Notes under the pieces: generated by a model
The model's input: only the letters and a program-made list of their open reading frames with translations
The model's database searches: none
What the model was told of the DNA's origin: nothing
Translations under genes and position numbers: made by a program
Shown here: positions 19,550 through 28,900 of the stretch, one piece after another
Layout of the letters: every line of letters starts with the position of its first letter
Position numbering within the stretch: position 1 is the stretch's first letter
NCBI GenBank assembly: GCA_026417415.1
Contig: JAOADG010000008.1
Span: 449,349-513,348 of the forward strand
Direction of reading: 5' to 3'
DNA length: 64,000 nt
From: a bacterium
Lineage (GTDB): Bacteria > Electryoneota > JAOADG01

Positions 19550-20658
19550 GTAAGTATATATCTAATGCTTTTCCTACCTTTGATTTTTTCAGATTAGTCC
19601 AATATGTATCCTTTAGAACGATTGCAGCTTCATTAACTGCTTTATTCTTAGCATTACATTTAGGCCCGAAAGTGATTCTGTTTTTACATAATAGAGGATG
19701 GCGAGATGTTCCTAAAGGTTTTGTAATTGGCGACAGTGAATCGAAAAAAGGAACACCAACCATGGGTGGGTTGTTGTTTCTATTGGGAACGTTGGTTTCA
19801 GCCATCCTCTGGTGTGATTTATCAAATCGTTTCGTCCAAATTCTACTAATTGCTACTCTGTATTTTGCATGTTTAGGGTTTTGGGATGACTATGGTAAAG
19901 TTAAAATAGGAAAAGGTGAAGGGGGGCTTTCTGAAGTAAAGAAATTATTTTTACAATTCGTCTTTGGAATAGGATTAGCACTCTTTATCGGTTATACAGA
20001 TTATTCTCCTTATCCTGATGTTTTTCGTACAGAAATTTTTCTACCATTTGTAAAACCATCTATTTACAAAGGAATTGATATCAACATAGGCATTTTTTAT
20101 ATCGCTTATGTTACCATTTTTACGATTTTCATTTCTAATTCTGTGAATATCAGTGATGGTTTTGATGGTCTGGCAATTGTACCTGCAGTAATTACTACTG
20201 CTGTATTTGCAATTTTTGCCTATATCTACGGTACCATAAATTTAGCAACTGGATTATTGTTTCGATACTTCCCGGGAACAACTGAAATCACTATTTTCTT
20301 AGCTGGTTTTATTGGCGCAGGAATAGGATTTTTATGGTTTAATTGTTATCCTGCGCAAATGTTTATGGGAGATACCGGTTCGTTAACCATAGGTGGAATG
20401 TTAGCAACTACGGCAGTATTATTAAAACAGGAAATGTTGTTTTTGTTCGCTGGTGCGTTTTTTGTAGCAGAAGGGTTGTCTTCACAAATCAGCGATAAGA
20501 TTGGACAAAAATTTTTAGGGAAAAGGTTGTTTACCAGAGCACCTTTGCACTACGCACTACAACATTCAGGACTATCTGAACCAAAAGTAGTTGTTCGTGC
20601 ATGGATTCTGTCTTTCATAATAGGTCTTTTTGCACTTGCTACTGTGAAACTTCGTTGA
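19534..20658 (+). CDS. mraY: Phospho-N-acetylmuramoyl-pentapeptide transferase.
   Basis: 'GTPTMGG', 'LGFWDDYGKV', 'NSVNISDGFDGLA' and 'CYPAQMFMGDTGS' are MraY motifs. About 10 TM helices. Confidence 0.9.
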   Translation: MLYWLSKYISNAFPTFDFFRLVQYVSFRTIAASLTALFLALHLGPKVILFLHNRGWRDVPKGFVIGDSESKKGTPTMGGLLFLLGTLVSAILWCDLSNRFVQILLIATLYFACLGFWDDYGKVKIGKGEGGLSEVKKLFLQFVFGIGLALFIGYTDYSPYPDVFRTEIFLPFVKPSIYKGIDINIGIFYIAYVTIFTIFISNSVNISDGFDGLAIVPAVITTAVFAIFAYIYGTINLATGLLFRYFPGTTEITIFLAGFIGAGIGFLWFNCYPAQMFMGDTGSLTIGGMLATTAVLLKQEMLFLFAGAFFVAEGLSSQISDKIGQKFLGKRLFTRAPLHYALQHSGLSEPKVVVRAWILSFIIGLFALATVKLR

Positions 20659-21437
20659 TGGCTATTTCTATCCAAAATCTTGTAAAAGTTTATCCTAAAA
20701 AAAATGGAAATCCACCTGTTAGAGCATTAGATGGATTCTCCTGTCGTGTGAAAAAAGGCGAAATTTATGGCCTGCTAGGATTAAACGGATCAGGAAAATC
20801 AACAGTAATTAAAATTTGTACAACATTATTAAAACCTACCGGTGGTGAAATCAAAGTTTTAGGTTTATCGCCTACAACAGAAGGTAAGGAGTTACGGCCC
20901 AAGATTGGATTAGTAGCACAATCTGTATCTCTAAATGAATACGCATCTGTCCTTGAAAATTTTTTATTTTTTGGGAAAAGATATCCTAAAACAAAAGAAT
21001 TTCTTGAAAAAGAAATACGTGATTTATCTGACATCTTTGAGTTGCACCCCTTTTTAAACAGAATGGTCAAAGATTTATCCGGTGGAATGAAAAGAAAAGT
21101 AGATGTAGCGACGTCATTACTGCATCGTCCAGAGTTGTTGTTTTTAGATGAACCCACACTTGGTTTGGATGTTCCATTTCGAAGAACTATGTGGAAACAT
21201 TTATTACAACTTGTGCGAGAAAGAGAAATGACCATCATGCTAACTACGCACTATTTGGAGGAGGCGGACCAATTGTGCGATACAGTAGGGATCATCCATC
21301 ATGGCAAACTGTTGATTGAAGGTAAATCAAATGATTTGAAGAAAAGTATAATTCAAAAAACACCTAGTACTACTTTAGACGATGTATTTCTTTACTATAC
21401 AGGATTATCAATTCAAGAAGAAACTGAACAGTTATGA
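20658..21437 (+). CDS. ABC transporter ATP-binding protein (ABC-2 type).
   Basis: Start ATG 20658 overlaps the mraY stop as TGATG. Walker A 'GLNGSGKST', signature 'LSGGMKRKVDVA', Walker B 'LLFLDEPT'. Confidence 0.88.
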   Translation: MAISIQNLVKVYPKKNGNPPVRALDGFSCRVKKGEIYGLLGLNGSGKSTVIKICTTLLKPTGGEIKVLGLSPTTEGKELRPKIGLVAQSVSLNEYASVLENFLFFGKRYPKTKEFLEKEIRDLSDIFELHPFLNRMVKDLSGGMKRKVDVATSLLHRPELLFLDEPTLGLDVPFRRTMWKHLLQLVREREMTIMLTTHYLEEADQLCDTVGIIHHGKLLIEGKSNDLKKSIIQKTPSTTLDDVFLYYTGLSIQEETEQL

Positions 21438-22195
21438 ATTTATTTCGAAATCAGTTTATTGAAGATGTACTATCAATCGCTATCGATCGATTAAGGACGC
21501 AGATACGTGTTCCAGTTTGGGTTGCAATGGAATTTATAGAACCGATTATGTGGTTGATCATGTATAGTCAGTTATATACAAAAGAGATTACAACTTCGTT
21601 CCTTGGGAATAGATCTTATTTAGATTATTTCGTTCCCGGATTACTTTTAATGACTTGTTTTTTTGCTGCTTCTTGGAGTGGGATGGGATTGTTGGATCGG
21701 TTACGTTCGGGTTTCATCAATCGTGTATTAGTAACCCCTATTTCACGTTGGGCAATAATATTGGGGTATGCTTTAGCATTGACCATTACTTTATGGATTC
21801 AAATGGTAATCGTTTTATTGACAGCGTTTCTGTTGGGTTGGAGACCTGAACTAACTTTTCATTTACTATTTTTTTTATTTATAGCAGTAACCATGGTAGG
21901 TATTGCGTTTAGTGCATTATCATTTGCTTTAACCTTTGTAGGACAGCGTGAAGAAGCAATAATCCCCGTATTAAATTTTCTAATACTCCCTTTAATTTTT
22001 TTATCAGGAATTTTTATTCCACTTTCCTATTCTCCTAAATGGATACAGATTGCAGCCAAATTTAACCCTTTAGCTTGGACCCACAAGTTTGCAACTCTTC
22101 CGTTACCTCAGGCATACGGATATTTATTCCCAATTGTCCTTTTTACTTTGTTTGCTTTATGGATCAGTAGAAGAACAGTAAAACCTTATCTTTAA
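21434..22195 (+). CDS. ABC-2 family transporter permease.
   Basis: Six TM helices. ATGA overlap with the upstream ATPase gene. Confidence 0.75.
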   Translation: MNLFRNQFIEDVLSIAIDRLRTQIRVPVWVAMEFIEPIMWLIMYSQLYTKEITTSFLGNRSYLDYFVPGLLLMTCFFAASWSGMGLLDRLRSGFINRVLVTPISRWAIILGYALALTITLWIQMVIVLLTAFLLGWRPELTFHLLFFLFIAVTMVGIAFSALSFALTFVGQREEAIIPVLNFLILPLIFLSGIFIPLSYSPKWIQIAAKFNPLAWTHKFATLPLPQAYGYLFPIVLFTLFALWISRRTVKPYL

Positions 22196-22390
22196 TGATC
22201 TTTTTTCACTTCAATCTGACAAGAGTTTGGTTCCCCCGAAACCGAATCTGATAGTCACGTTTTAACTCCCAATTTAGGTAGTACCCATTTCTGCAAGCCA
22301 AACCATACTAAAAAAATTGCAACGAACAACAAAATATCTGATAGCACTGATTTTCTCCAATTGATCAACTTGTTTATCTCCTTTAGTTAC

Positions 22391-22423
22391 AAAAAACGGA
22401 CTACTGAAAAGTAGTCCGTTTGT
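22391..22423. terminator. Bidirectional rho-independent terminator between convergent genes.
   Basis: AAAAAA-CGGACTACT-GAAA-AGTAGTCCG-TTTGT. Confidence 0.7.
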
Positions 22424-22439
22424 ATATTAAAGACACTAC

Positions 22440-23621
22440 TTATTTATTAGAACGAAGTTCATTTTCTAATCTTTTGAGTTCAGCTTCTGCTCTTTCTCTT
22501 TCTTGCTGAGCACGCATTAAATCAGAATTTAGGAATAGTAGATCAACCTCACTATCTACGGTCCAATCAAATAAAGACAGTTTTGTCTGCCGAGATAATC
22601 TTTCCCGAATTGCAGCACCTGCCGTACTTCTTCTACCTTCTCCTGTTTTTGCAAAAGGATCAATTTTATAAAACGGAGTCGGTGGAATAAATTTAAACAT
22701 ACCGTTTAAACGCCAAGGTTCATAATTCTTTTCTTTCTTAGTATCGTACTTATGTTTGGTTGAATTTTTGGCGTTGGTAATTAAAAATTCTGGTGAAACA
22801 AGAAAACTCAATCCTTCCATAATTCTGAATTCACCTAATACTGATAGATAAGCATAAGGTTCTCTTGAAAAAACATTTGGTTTTGGCATTCTAGCAAAGA
22901 ACAATCCAGCCACCTGACCACCTAATGAAATAGTATTTCTCACTGGATAAGTATAAGCCATTGAATAAGTAATGGATTGAGCAGATTTTGTTATTGAACT
23001 TACAACATCATTGTGATTTTTATACGTGATGGACACTCCGAAAAACTGACTTTCTTCTGGAGTTAATGGACGTGAATACCAAGATGTTGAGAAGGTCATG
23101 GATGGTTCCATCGCTGCGGAGTAATAAGTGTGATAAGGCAAATTATTAACTTTAGATGCAGGATAGCTCATTCCACCTGTAAAAGAATGAACTAACAACA
23201 ATTGACCCCAAGTCGTATAAATGTTTCCAAACTTTAGTCGCATTTCCAGATTGAATGGTATGAGATCACTAATCCCAAGTTTACCATAAGGATCTGCCCA
23301 TAAAGGATCTTGATAAAGAATTTGAGAAAGTCCTAATTCAATATTTCGCATAAAACCAAAATGTACACCAACTACACCAGACATGTTCCGTGTTTTAACG
23401 TTGGAAAAATTTTTAGTCCACACACGTCCATGTGAAGTTACCATCATTGAACCTGCTGGTATGGTCATACCTGATTGTACCCAATTGGTTCCATATCCCC
23501 CCGCAAATTCTTCACCAGAGGAAGGAATCACCAAAGAAAACAGTAAAACAAAAGACACAAGTAAACTAATAACCAGTTGCATACTTCCTCCGAAATTAAT
23601 TAACTGTAACGAACATACCAA
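22440..23621 (-). CDS. Putative outer-membrane beta-barrel protein with a C-terminal charged coiled-coil tail.
   Basis: Signal peptide (the likely start is M14, 'MQLVISLLVSFVLLFSLVIPSSG', around nt 23582). Alternating hydrophobic beta-strand pattern. The C-terminus reads 'RAQQERERAEAELKRLENELRSNK'. Confidence 0.5.
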   Translation of the reverse strand: MVCSLQLINFGGSMQLVISLLVSFVLLFSLVIPSSGEEFAGGYGTNWVQSGMTIPAGSMMVTSHGRVWTKNFSNVKTRNMSGVVGVHFGFMRNIELGLSQILYQDPLWADPYGKLGISDLIPFNLEMRLKFGNIYTTWGQLLLVHSFTGGMSYPASKVNNLPYHTYYSAAMEPSMTFSTSWYSRPLTPEESQFFGVSITYKNHNDVVSSITKSAQSITYSMAYTYPVRNTISLGGQVAGLFFARMPKPNVFSREPYAYLSVLGEFRIMEGLSFLVSPEFLITNAKNSTKHKYDTKKEKNYEPWRLNGMFKFIPPTPFYKIDPFAKTGEGRRSTAGAAIRERLSRQTKLSLFDWTVDSEVDLLFLNSDLMRAQQERERAEAELKRLENELRSNK

Positions 23622-23659
23622 AATACTCCACAGTAGTCAAGTAAAGCAAGAATTTCCGA

Positions 23660-24157
23660 TTATTTTCTAATGAAAAAGTAATAGTAAACATTTGCCACGA
23701 TAGCCATCTGGGATAATACTGCAACAATTTGTGATGCTAACTCTCCGAGTGAACCAGCAATGATAATAGTATCTCCCGGTTCCAATTTTGGAATTAAACG
23801 CTCGTCTCCTGTAGAAAGATATTTTTTAATATTTACAATGATCACTTCCGATCCTGCAGAAGAACTACGAATAATACGTACGTTGTCTAATCTTGCTTTT
23901 GGAGCAGGTCCACCTGCTACAGAAACCAATGTGATTAAATCAGTGGTTGATGGGACTAAATATTGACCAGGTTTTAATACTAACCCCCAAATGTTCACTG
24001 CCATAAGTAATTCATTTTGCGAGCCAATGTAATATTGTGCGCCTCGCTCAGTTCCTGTGCCTAATAAGGTACCTGTTGCACCCATACTTTGACTATAAAT
24101 TGAAGTTTGTATAGACAAAGTAATAAATAATAAAAATAGGATAAGTTTCGTGTTCAA
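23660..24157 (-). CDS. Short Wza/polysaccharide-export-like periplasmic protein (Poly_export plus one SLBB domain).
   Basis: Signal peptide. 'QYYIGSQNELLMAVNIWG' then an SLBB-like segment 'VLKPGQYLVP...LVSVAGGPAPKARLDNVRIIR...EPGDTIII'. At 165 aa it lacks the Wza C-terminal outer-membrane helix. Confidence 0.55.
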   Translation of the reverse strand: MNTKLILFLLFITLSIQTSIYSQSMGATGTLLGTGTERGAQYYIGSQNELLMAVNIWGLVLKPGQYLVPSTTDLITLVSVAGGPAPKARLDNVRIIRSSSAGSEVIIVNIKKYLSTGDERLIPKLEPGDTIIIAGSLGELASQIVAVLSQMAIVANVYYYFFIRK

Positions 24158-24167
24158 GAATCACCCC

Positions 24168-25013
24168 TTAATTGTTGTTACCAATTGTAAAATCCTTTTC
24201 TGAAAAAGAACTTGCTTGAAATGCAATCCAATATTCTAAACGCACGCGGTAGTTGCCAGCACGTAATCTACCTTGGATTAAAAATGTCGTATCTGCCGAT
24301 AAATCTTCATTAAAGCGTACATTTTGATCACTGTCATATCGTACTTGATACCACATCCAAACAATTTCATTAGATTGCGAAAATACTTTAACTACAAAAC
24401 GATCAGGTGCATTTTCTGAAGTAGAATATGGATTTTGCCATTGAAAATAAGGTATTCCAGAGGTTGTGTCGGAAACAGTTAAACCACTGGCTTTTTCTAA
24501 TAGTGCAAAAGTAATTGTATCCGATGCAGCACTACGATTTCCTGCTTCATCTATTGCATGCATCCAAATTTTAAAAGGACGAACATTTCCGCTAACTGGA
24601 TCTGGTAGCAACCGTCCATCTTGAATGATGTAAAACAATTGATTTCGGTTAAAAGGATGACGACCAATAAATACTACCTGTTCAACTGTGTCAAATGGGA
24701 TCATATAGATTTCCCATTCTCGGACATCCGTGTCAATGGGTGGTCTCCAGCGAAGTAGAAAAGAATTTGCACTACTCCCTAAATCAATCGGTCTTGACAG
24801 TGTATCTACGATTGTAGTGGGATGAACGACAGGAATAATTTGTGGTGGTGAAGGCGGAATAGCATCTATAGGTGTCGAATCTTCTCCACAACCGATGATA
24901 TAAAGAAAACTGAATGCGAGTAGAAACAAACTGATAAAACGTAAATTAGATACCAACACTAACTCCAATCCAATGATTAGTTCCAAGTTCAGGCTTTTGA
25001 TAAGTATAGTCAA
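24168..25013 (-). CDS. Lipoprotein of unknown function.
   Basis: Lipobox 'YIIGC' after a hydrophobic segment. The true start is probably downstream of the track start: the track ORF overlaps the upstream gene by 68 nt. Confidence 0.5.
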   Translation of the reverse strand: MTILIKSLNLELIIGLELVLVSNLRFISLFLLAFSFLYIIGCGEDSTPIDAIPPSPPQIIPVVHPTTIVDTLSRPIDLGSSANSFLLRWRPPIDTDVREWEIYMIPFDTVEQVVFIGRHPFNRNQLFYIIQDGRLLPDPVSGNVRPFKIWMHAIDEAGNRSAASDTITFALLEKASGLTVSDTTSGIPYFQWQNPYSTSENAPDRFVVKVFSQSNEIVWMWYQVRYDSDQNVRFNEDLSADTTFLIQGRLRAGNYRVRLEYWIAFQASSFSEKDFTIGNNN

Positions 25014-25929
25014 GTTGCATTTTCCAATACTTTACTCCAACCCCGTAAACAAATTCATTTTTACGTAAACCCATTCGAAAAGATACCGTTCTTAAATAAG
25101 TTAATTCTGCACCCCAATTTACATAATACTCATATTTCTTTTCGGTATTTAACTCTACGATAAGATCACTATTGAGTGGACGTATAGGTTGTTCATAACC
25201 TAATCCATACCTCAACTTTAATGGAATTGCATCTTCTACACCACTCCCCCAATTGATACCAGTTTTCGTAAAGTCATTTGCAACTACTGATAGGTTAATC
25301 TCTCCGAGATGTTTTTGTGCAAACAAATCATTTAGGGATAATCGTAAACCCACAGCTCCATCAACACCTATACCATTAGCATTTTTATCAAATAACGCCA
25401 TTCGTATTAATTTTACATTCAGTCCAATAGGTACTTCAATAGGCAGTGAAAAATAACTCCATCCAAACTCAGCAGTAAAACGGTTCAATTTAGCAAAAGT
25501 AAAAAAGAGAGCATCTTCACGGTCTGTAGTTACACCAATAGGTAGACCATTACGATCACGTATAACGCGTTGACGTTCATCAATTGAAAGTTTAGTGTAA
25601 TCTGGCCAAATGGGTATATCATCTATTCCAACGCGTAACCAATGGATTCCAACTGCTGCACCAGTAATTGGCATGGCTGCACCGGCTACGTGATAGCTTC
25701 CTAAACCTTCAAACAAAGGTACGTACATTGCATGAATTTCAATATTTTTTATTCTAGATAGTAAGGAAGGATTCCAGTAAAATGATCCTGCTTGGTTGCC
25801 TGTAGCAACAGCACCACCCATAGCCAGCTGTCGTGGTCCAACACCCAATTCTAAAAATTCACCTGCATAGCGAGCTGCAAATGAAAAACAATGAAGGCAA
25901 AGAATAAGAAATACAATATATTTACTCAA
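24946..25929 (-). CDS. FadL/PorV/PorQ-type outer-membrane beta-barrel protein, candidate T9SS shuttle or anchor.
   Basis: Signal peptide. The N-terminal motif 'AARYAGEFLELGVGPRQLAMGGAVATGNQAGSFYWNPSLLS' is typical of this barrel family. It ends in a C-terminal aromatic residue. It sits 7 nt downstream of the C25-family gene. Confidence 0.6.
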   Translation of the reverse strand: MSKYIVFLILCLHCFSFAARYAGEFLELGVGPRQLAMGGAVATGNQAGSFYWNPSLLSRIKNIEIHAMYVPLFEGLGSYHVAGAAMPITGAAVGIHWLRVGIDDIPIWPDYTKLSIDERQRVIRDRNGLPIGVTTDREDALFFTFAKLNRFTAEFGWSYFSLPIEVPIGLNVKLIRMALFDKNANGIGVDGAVGLRLSLNDLFAQKHLGEINLSVVANDFTKTGINWGSGVEDAIPLKLRYGLGYEQPIRPLNSDLIVELNTEKKYEYYVNWGAELTYLRTVSFRMGLRKNEFVYGVGVKYWKMQLDYTYQKPELGTNHWIGVSVGI

Positions 25930-25935
25930 TGATGT

Positions 25936-28900
25936 TTACCTCAATTTGGCTAATTTCCCTTTTTTCTCGATGACTTGATTGTTGCTTTTTGCGGTTAATC
26001 GGTAAAAATAAACCCCGTTAGCTACCACTTCACCATTTTCGTCTCGGCCATCCCAGGTGATTTCTCGATAATTAATCACTTGTGGATCAGTTTCACGCAA
26101 TGTTCTTATTTTTTTACCAGATACCGTATAGATTTTGATTTCAACGGGTTCTGTAGTTTGATCGGTTAAACTGTAGAAAAATGTAGTAGTTTTTTGAAAA
26201 GGATTTGGAAAGTTTCCAAACCATTCTAATCGAAACTGATTAGCGACTAAAAAGTTTATGGAATCAGTTGCAGTATTACTTGCTAAATCTGTAACAATCA
26301 ATTTAGCCCAATGACGACCTGTTGAAAATCTTTTAGTGACGACAATGGAAGAGTTCTGAGAAACTTGATTGGATATCGGTAGTAGTAGTTCGTTTGAAGG
26401 AAGAGTATCACCATCAACTACAACATACACACTACCTTGCTGACTAAGATCCAATCCACCATTATCATATACACTTGCAGACAAACGTGCACCACTACGA
26501 ATATAGCCACCATCTGAGAAAATTTGTCCTTCTACAGTAAAATCAAATTTTGGTGCTGTTCTATCTTGATTATCCATTAAAGAAAACTGCTGATAAGGTG
26601 GTCCGTCATACAAGTGTATTCCTTGATTGTCCACAGTAGAATTTAGCATTTTCCAAAGATTGGTAAAATGTCGGGAATGAATTTTCGTACGATTGCCAAG
26701 AATAGTATCTGCTTGCATGTGTATAATTACGCGATTTAAATAGGCAGTAGTATCAATTTGTAAAAATACAATCCCACCCCCATTGAAGACGTTGCTTGGA
26801 TTTCTACCGAATATTGCAAATTTATTTAAAGTTTGTAATCGTGAATGCAAAGTATCACTGTAAGTTACAGACAATACTGTACTTGGTTTCTGTATTGAAT
26901 TCGGAGGAATAGAAACGCTTACTCGTGATGTTGGGTTATAACTAAACCCTCGATCTCCTTCAGTCGCAGTAATCCACCAATAGACGTTATTTGATGTTGC
27001 CAAATTGTAATTATCATTTTCACTCACTTCATTGACCACATTTTCATAATCAGCATAGTAAGAGAATTTGTATTGTCCCGGTGGATATTGAAATGGATAA
27101 TAAACACTTTGTGCTGTATAGGGTGGAATAGAGGGTACAGATAGGAACTCTACTGTAATGGTATCAGATATTTGTTTAATGATTGCTACTCGTAAAAGGG
27201 TAGGTGGAACTTGCAAGGGACTATTGTTGGTGACTGTGAATCGAACGAATAGCGAATCAGTTGCTCGCCAGTGTACTTGGTTAGGAACAACTAGATTAGG
27301 TCTTCCCGGATAAGCATAAAAATCATAATCTTGATTAGGTTGTCTTACATTCCCAAGTGAATCGATCCACCTCCAATTTGTTCTTAAACGCATAGAAGGT
27401 AAAAGAGCAGGTTGAAGGGAACTTTCATACCAGAATGGACCACGAATAAAGGAACGACTGAGTTGGATGGTATCAATAGATAAAATAGAATCGTCTAAGA
27501 AAAATTTTCTAATGATTCCTTGTAAAGTCCGTATCCCATCAGAATCTATAAGTTTTACATAAAACTTAAATGTCGTATCAGAAAGGAGGGGATTGGGATC
27601 AGTTGTTACACTATCAATAAAACCACTGCTTGCGGCGGATTGAATATAAAACGATGTAGCACCACGCACTGCGGTTTGATGGTTACTTTGATAAAACCCA
27701 CGTAAAGTTAAACCATTGGTAGAAATTCCACTAGGAACACGAATTCTAGTAGAAAATGAATTGGAAACAATCGGGCGAATCGAAACAATCGGTTCCCAAA
27801 CAGGATTATCAATAGAAAAATGATTTTGATTATACCATATAAAACTAACATTTCCACTATTGAAAGGAAGTGACGCTTGAATATCTATTGAGTCGCCTAC
27901 TTGAACAAACAATTGTGAACTATTTTGTTGAATATTTTCAAAAGCTTTGAAACGAAATGCAGGATCACCTAACAATGATGTAGCATAAAACGTATTACCA
28001 ACTGGGCCAAACATCGCACGATTGCCGTATCTACTGAGATAAATGGATTTAGTAAGAGTCATCAATTCACCATAAGAGATGTTCGGATATCTTCGGATTT
28101 GTTCAAACATAAATTGTTGAAACAAAATCATTTGTTCACGATAGCCTAAACCTGCTGTACCAAACACTCCGACTGCGCCTTTATTAGGATGAAGAACAAA
28201 GTCCTCACCCATAGAGCTGCGTTGTACATCACCATTAAACGCTACAATAAAGCAAGAGAAATTACAGATTAAAGGATACTTTCCTGCATTTCTCATATTT
28301 GCTATATCACGTGTGCGAAAGAGACCACCGTCAGACCAAATTTCACCTGCACCATGGCCATTGTATATCACCAAAGCTGAACCTTTCTCGAACAAATTTT
28401 GGAGTAAAGAGGTACCACCATAATAGGGAAGAGAAGGATTCTCTACTTGCATTTCCCAAAAGTCATAATATGGCGATAAACGATCACGATTAATACGGTT
28501 GTATATTGTATAAAGGTTTTGACCACCAGAACCTGTAACAAAAGTAATGTAATTTTGCCAACGATCAGGTGTTGGGTTGTTTTCTAATTCAAGAACTTTG
28601 TTAAAATAAAAACCGGCTTCCTCTTGAGTTCTTGCCGGAACACGACTAATATGAATATCTGGTAAATCATTTTCATCGTCTAAAATTGAATACCAAGTAT
28701 CAGAACCTACTACACCAATTTGTGAAACTGGAACCATAGGATGTGGAATAAGTGCACCATTTTTTCTTGGACTCCGATGCTGACGTTGAAGCCCGTCACC
28801 AAGTAGTAAGATGTACCGTGGAGGAATTTGCCAATTTCTTACAGCATAACGTAGAAATTCTAGAACTCCTTTGGGATGAAACATACCTTGTGTGAATCTT

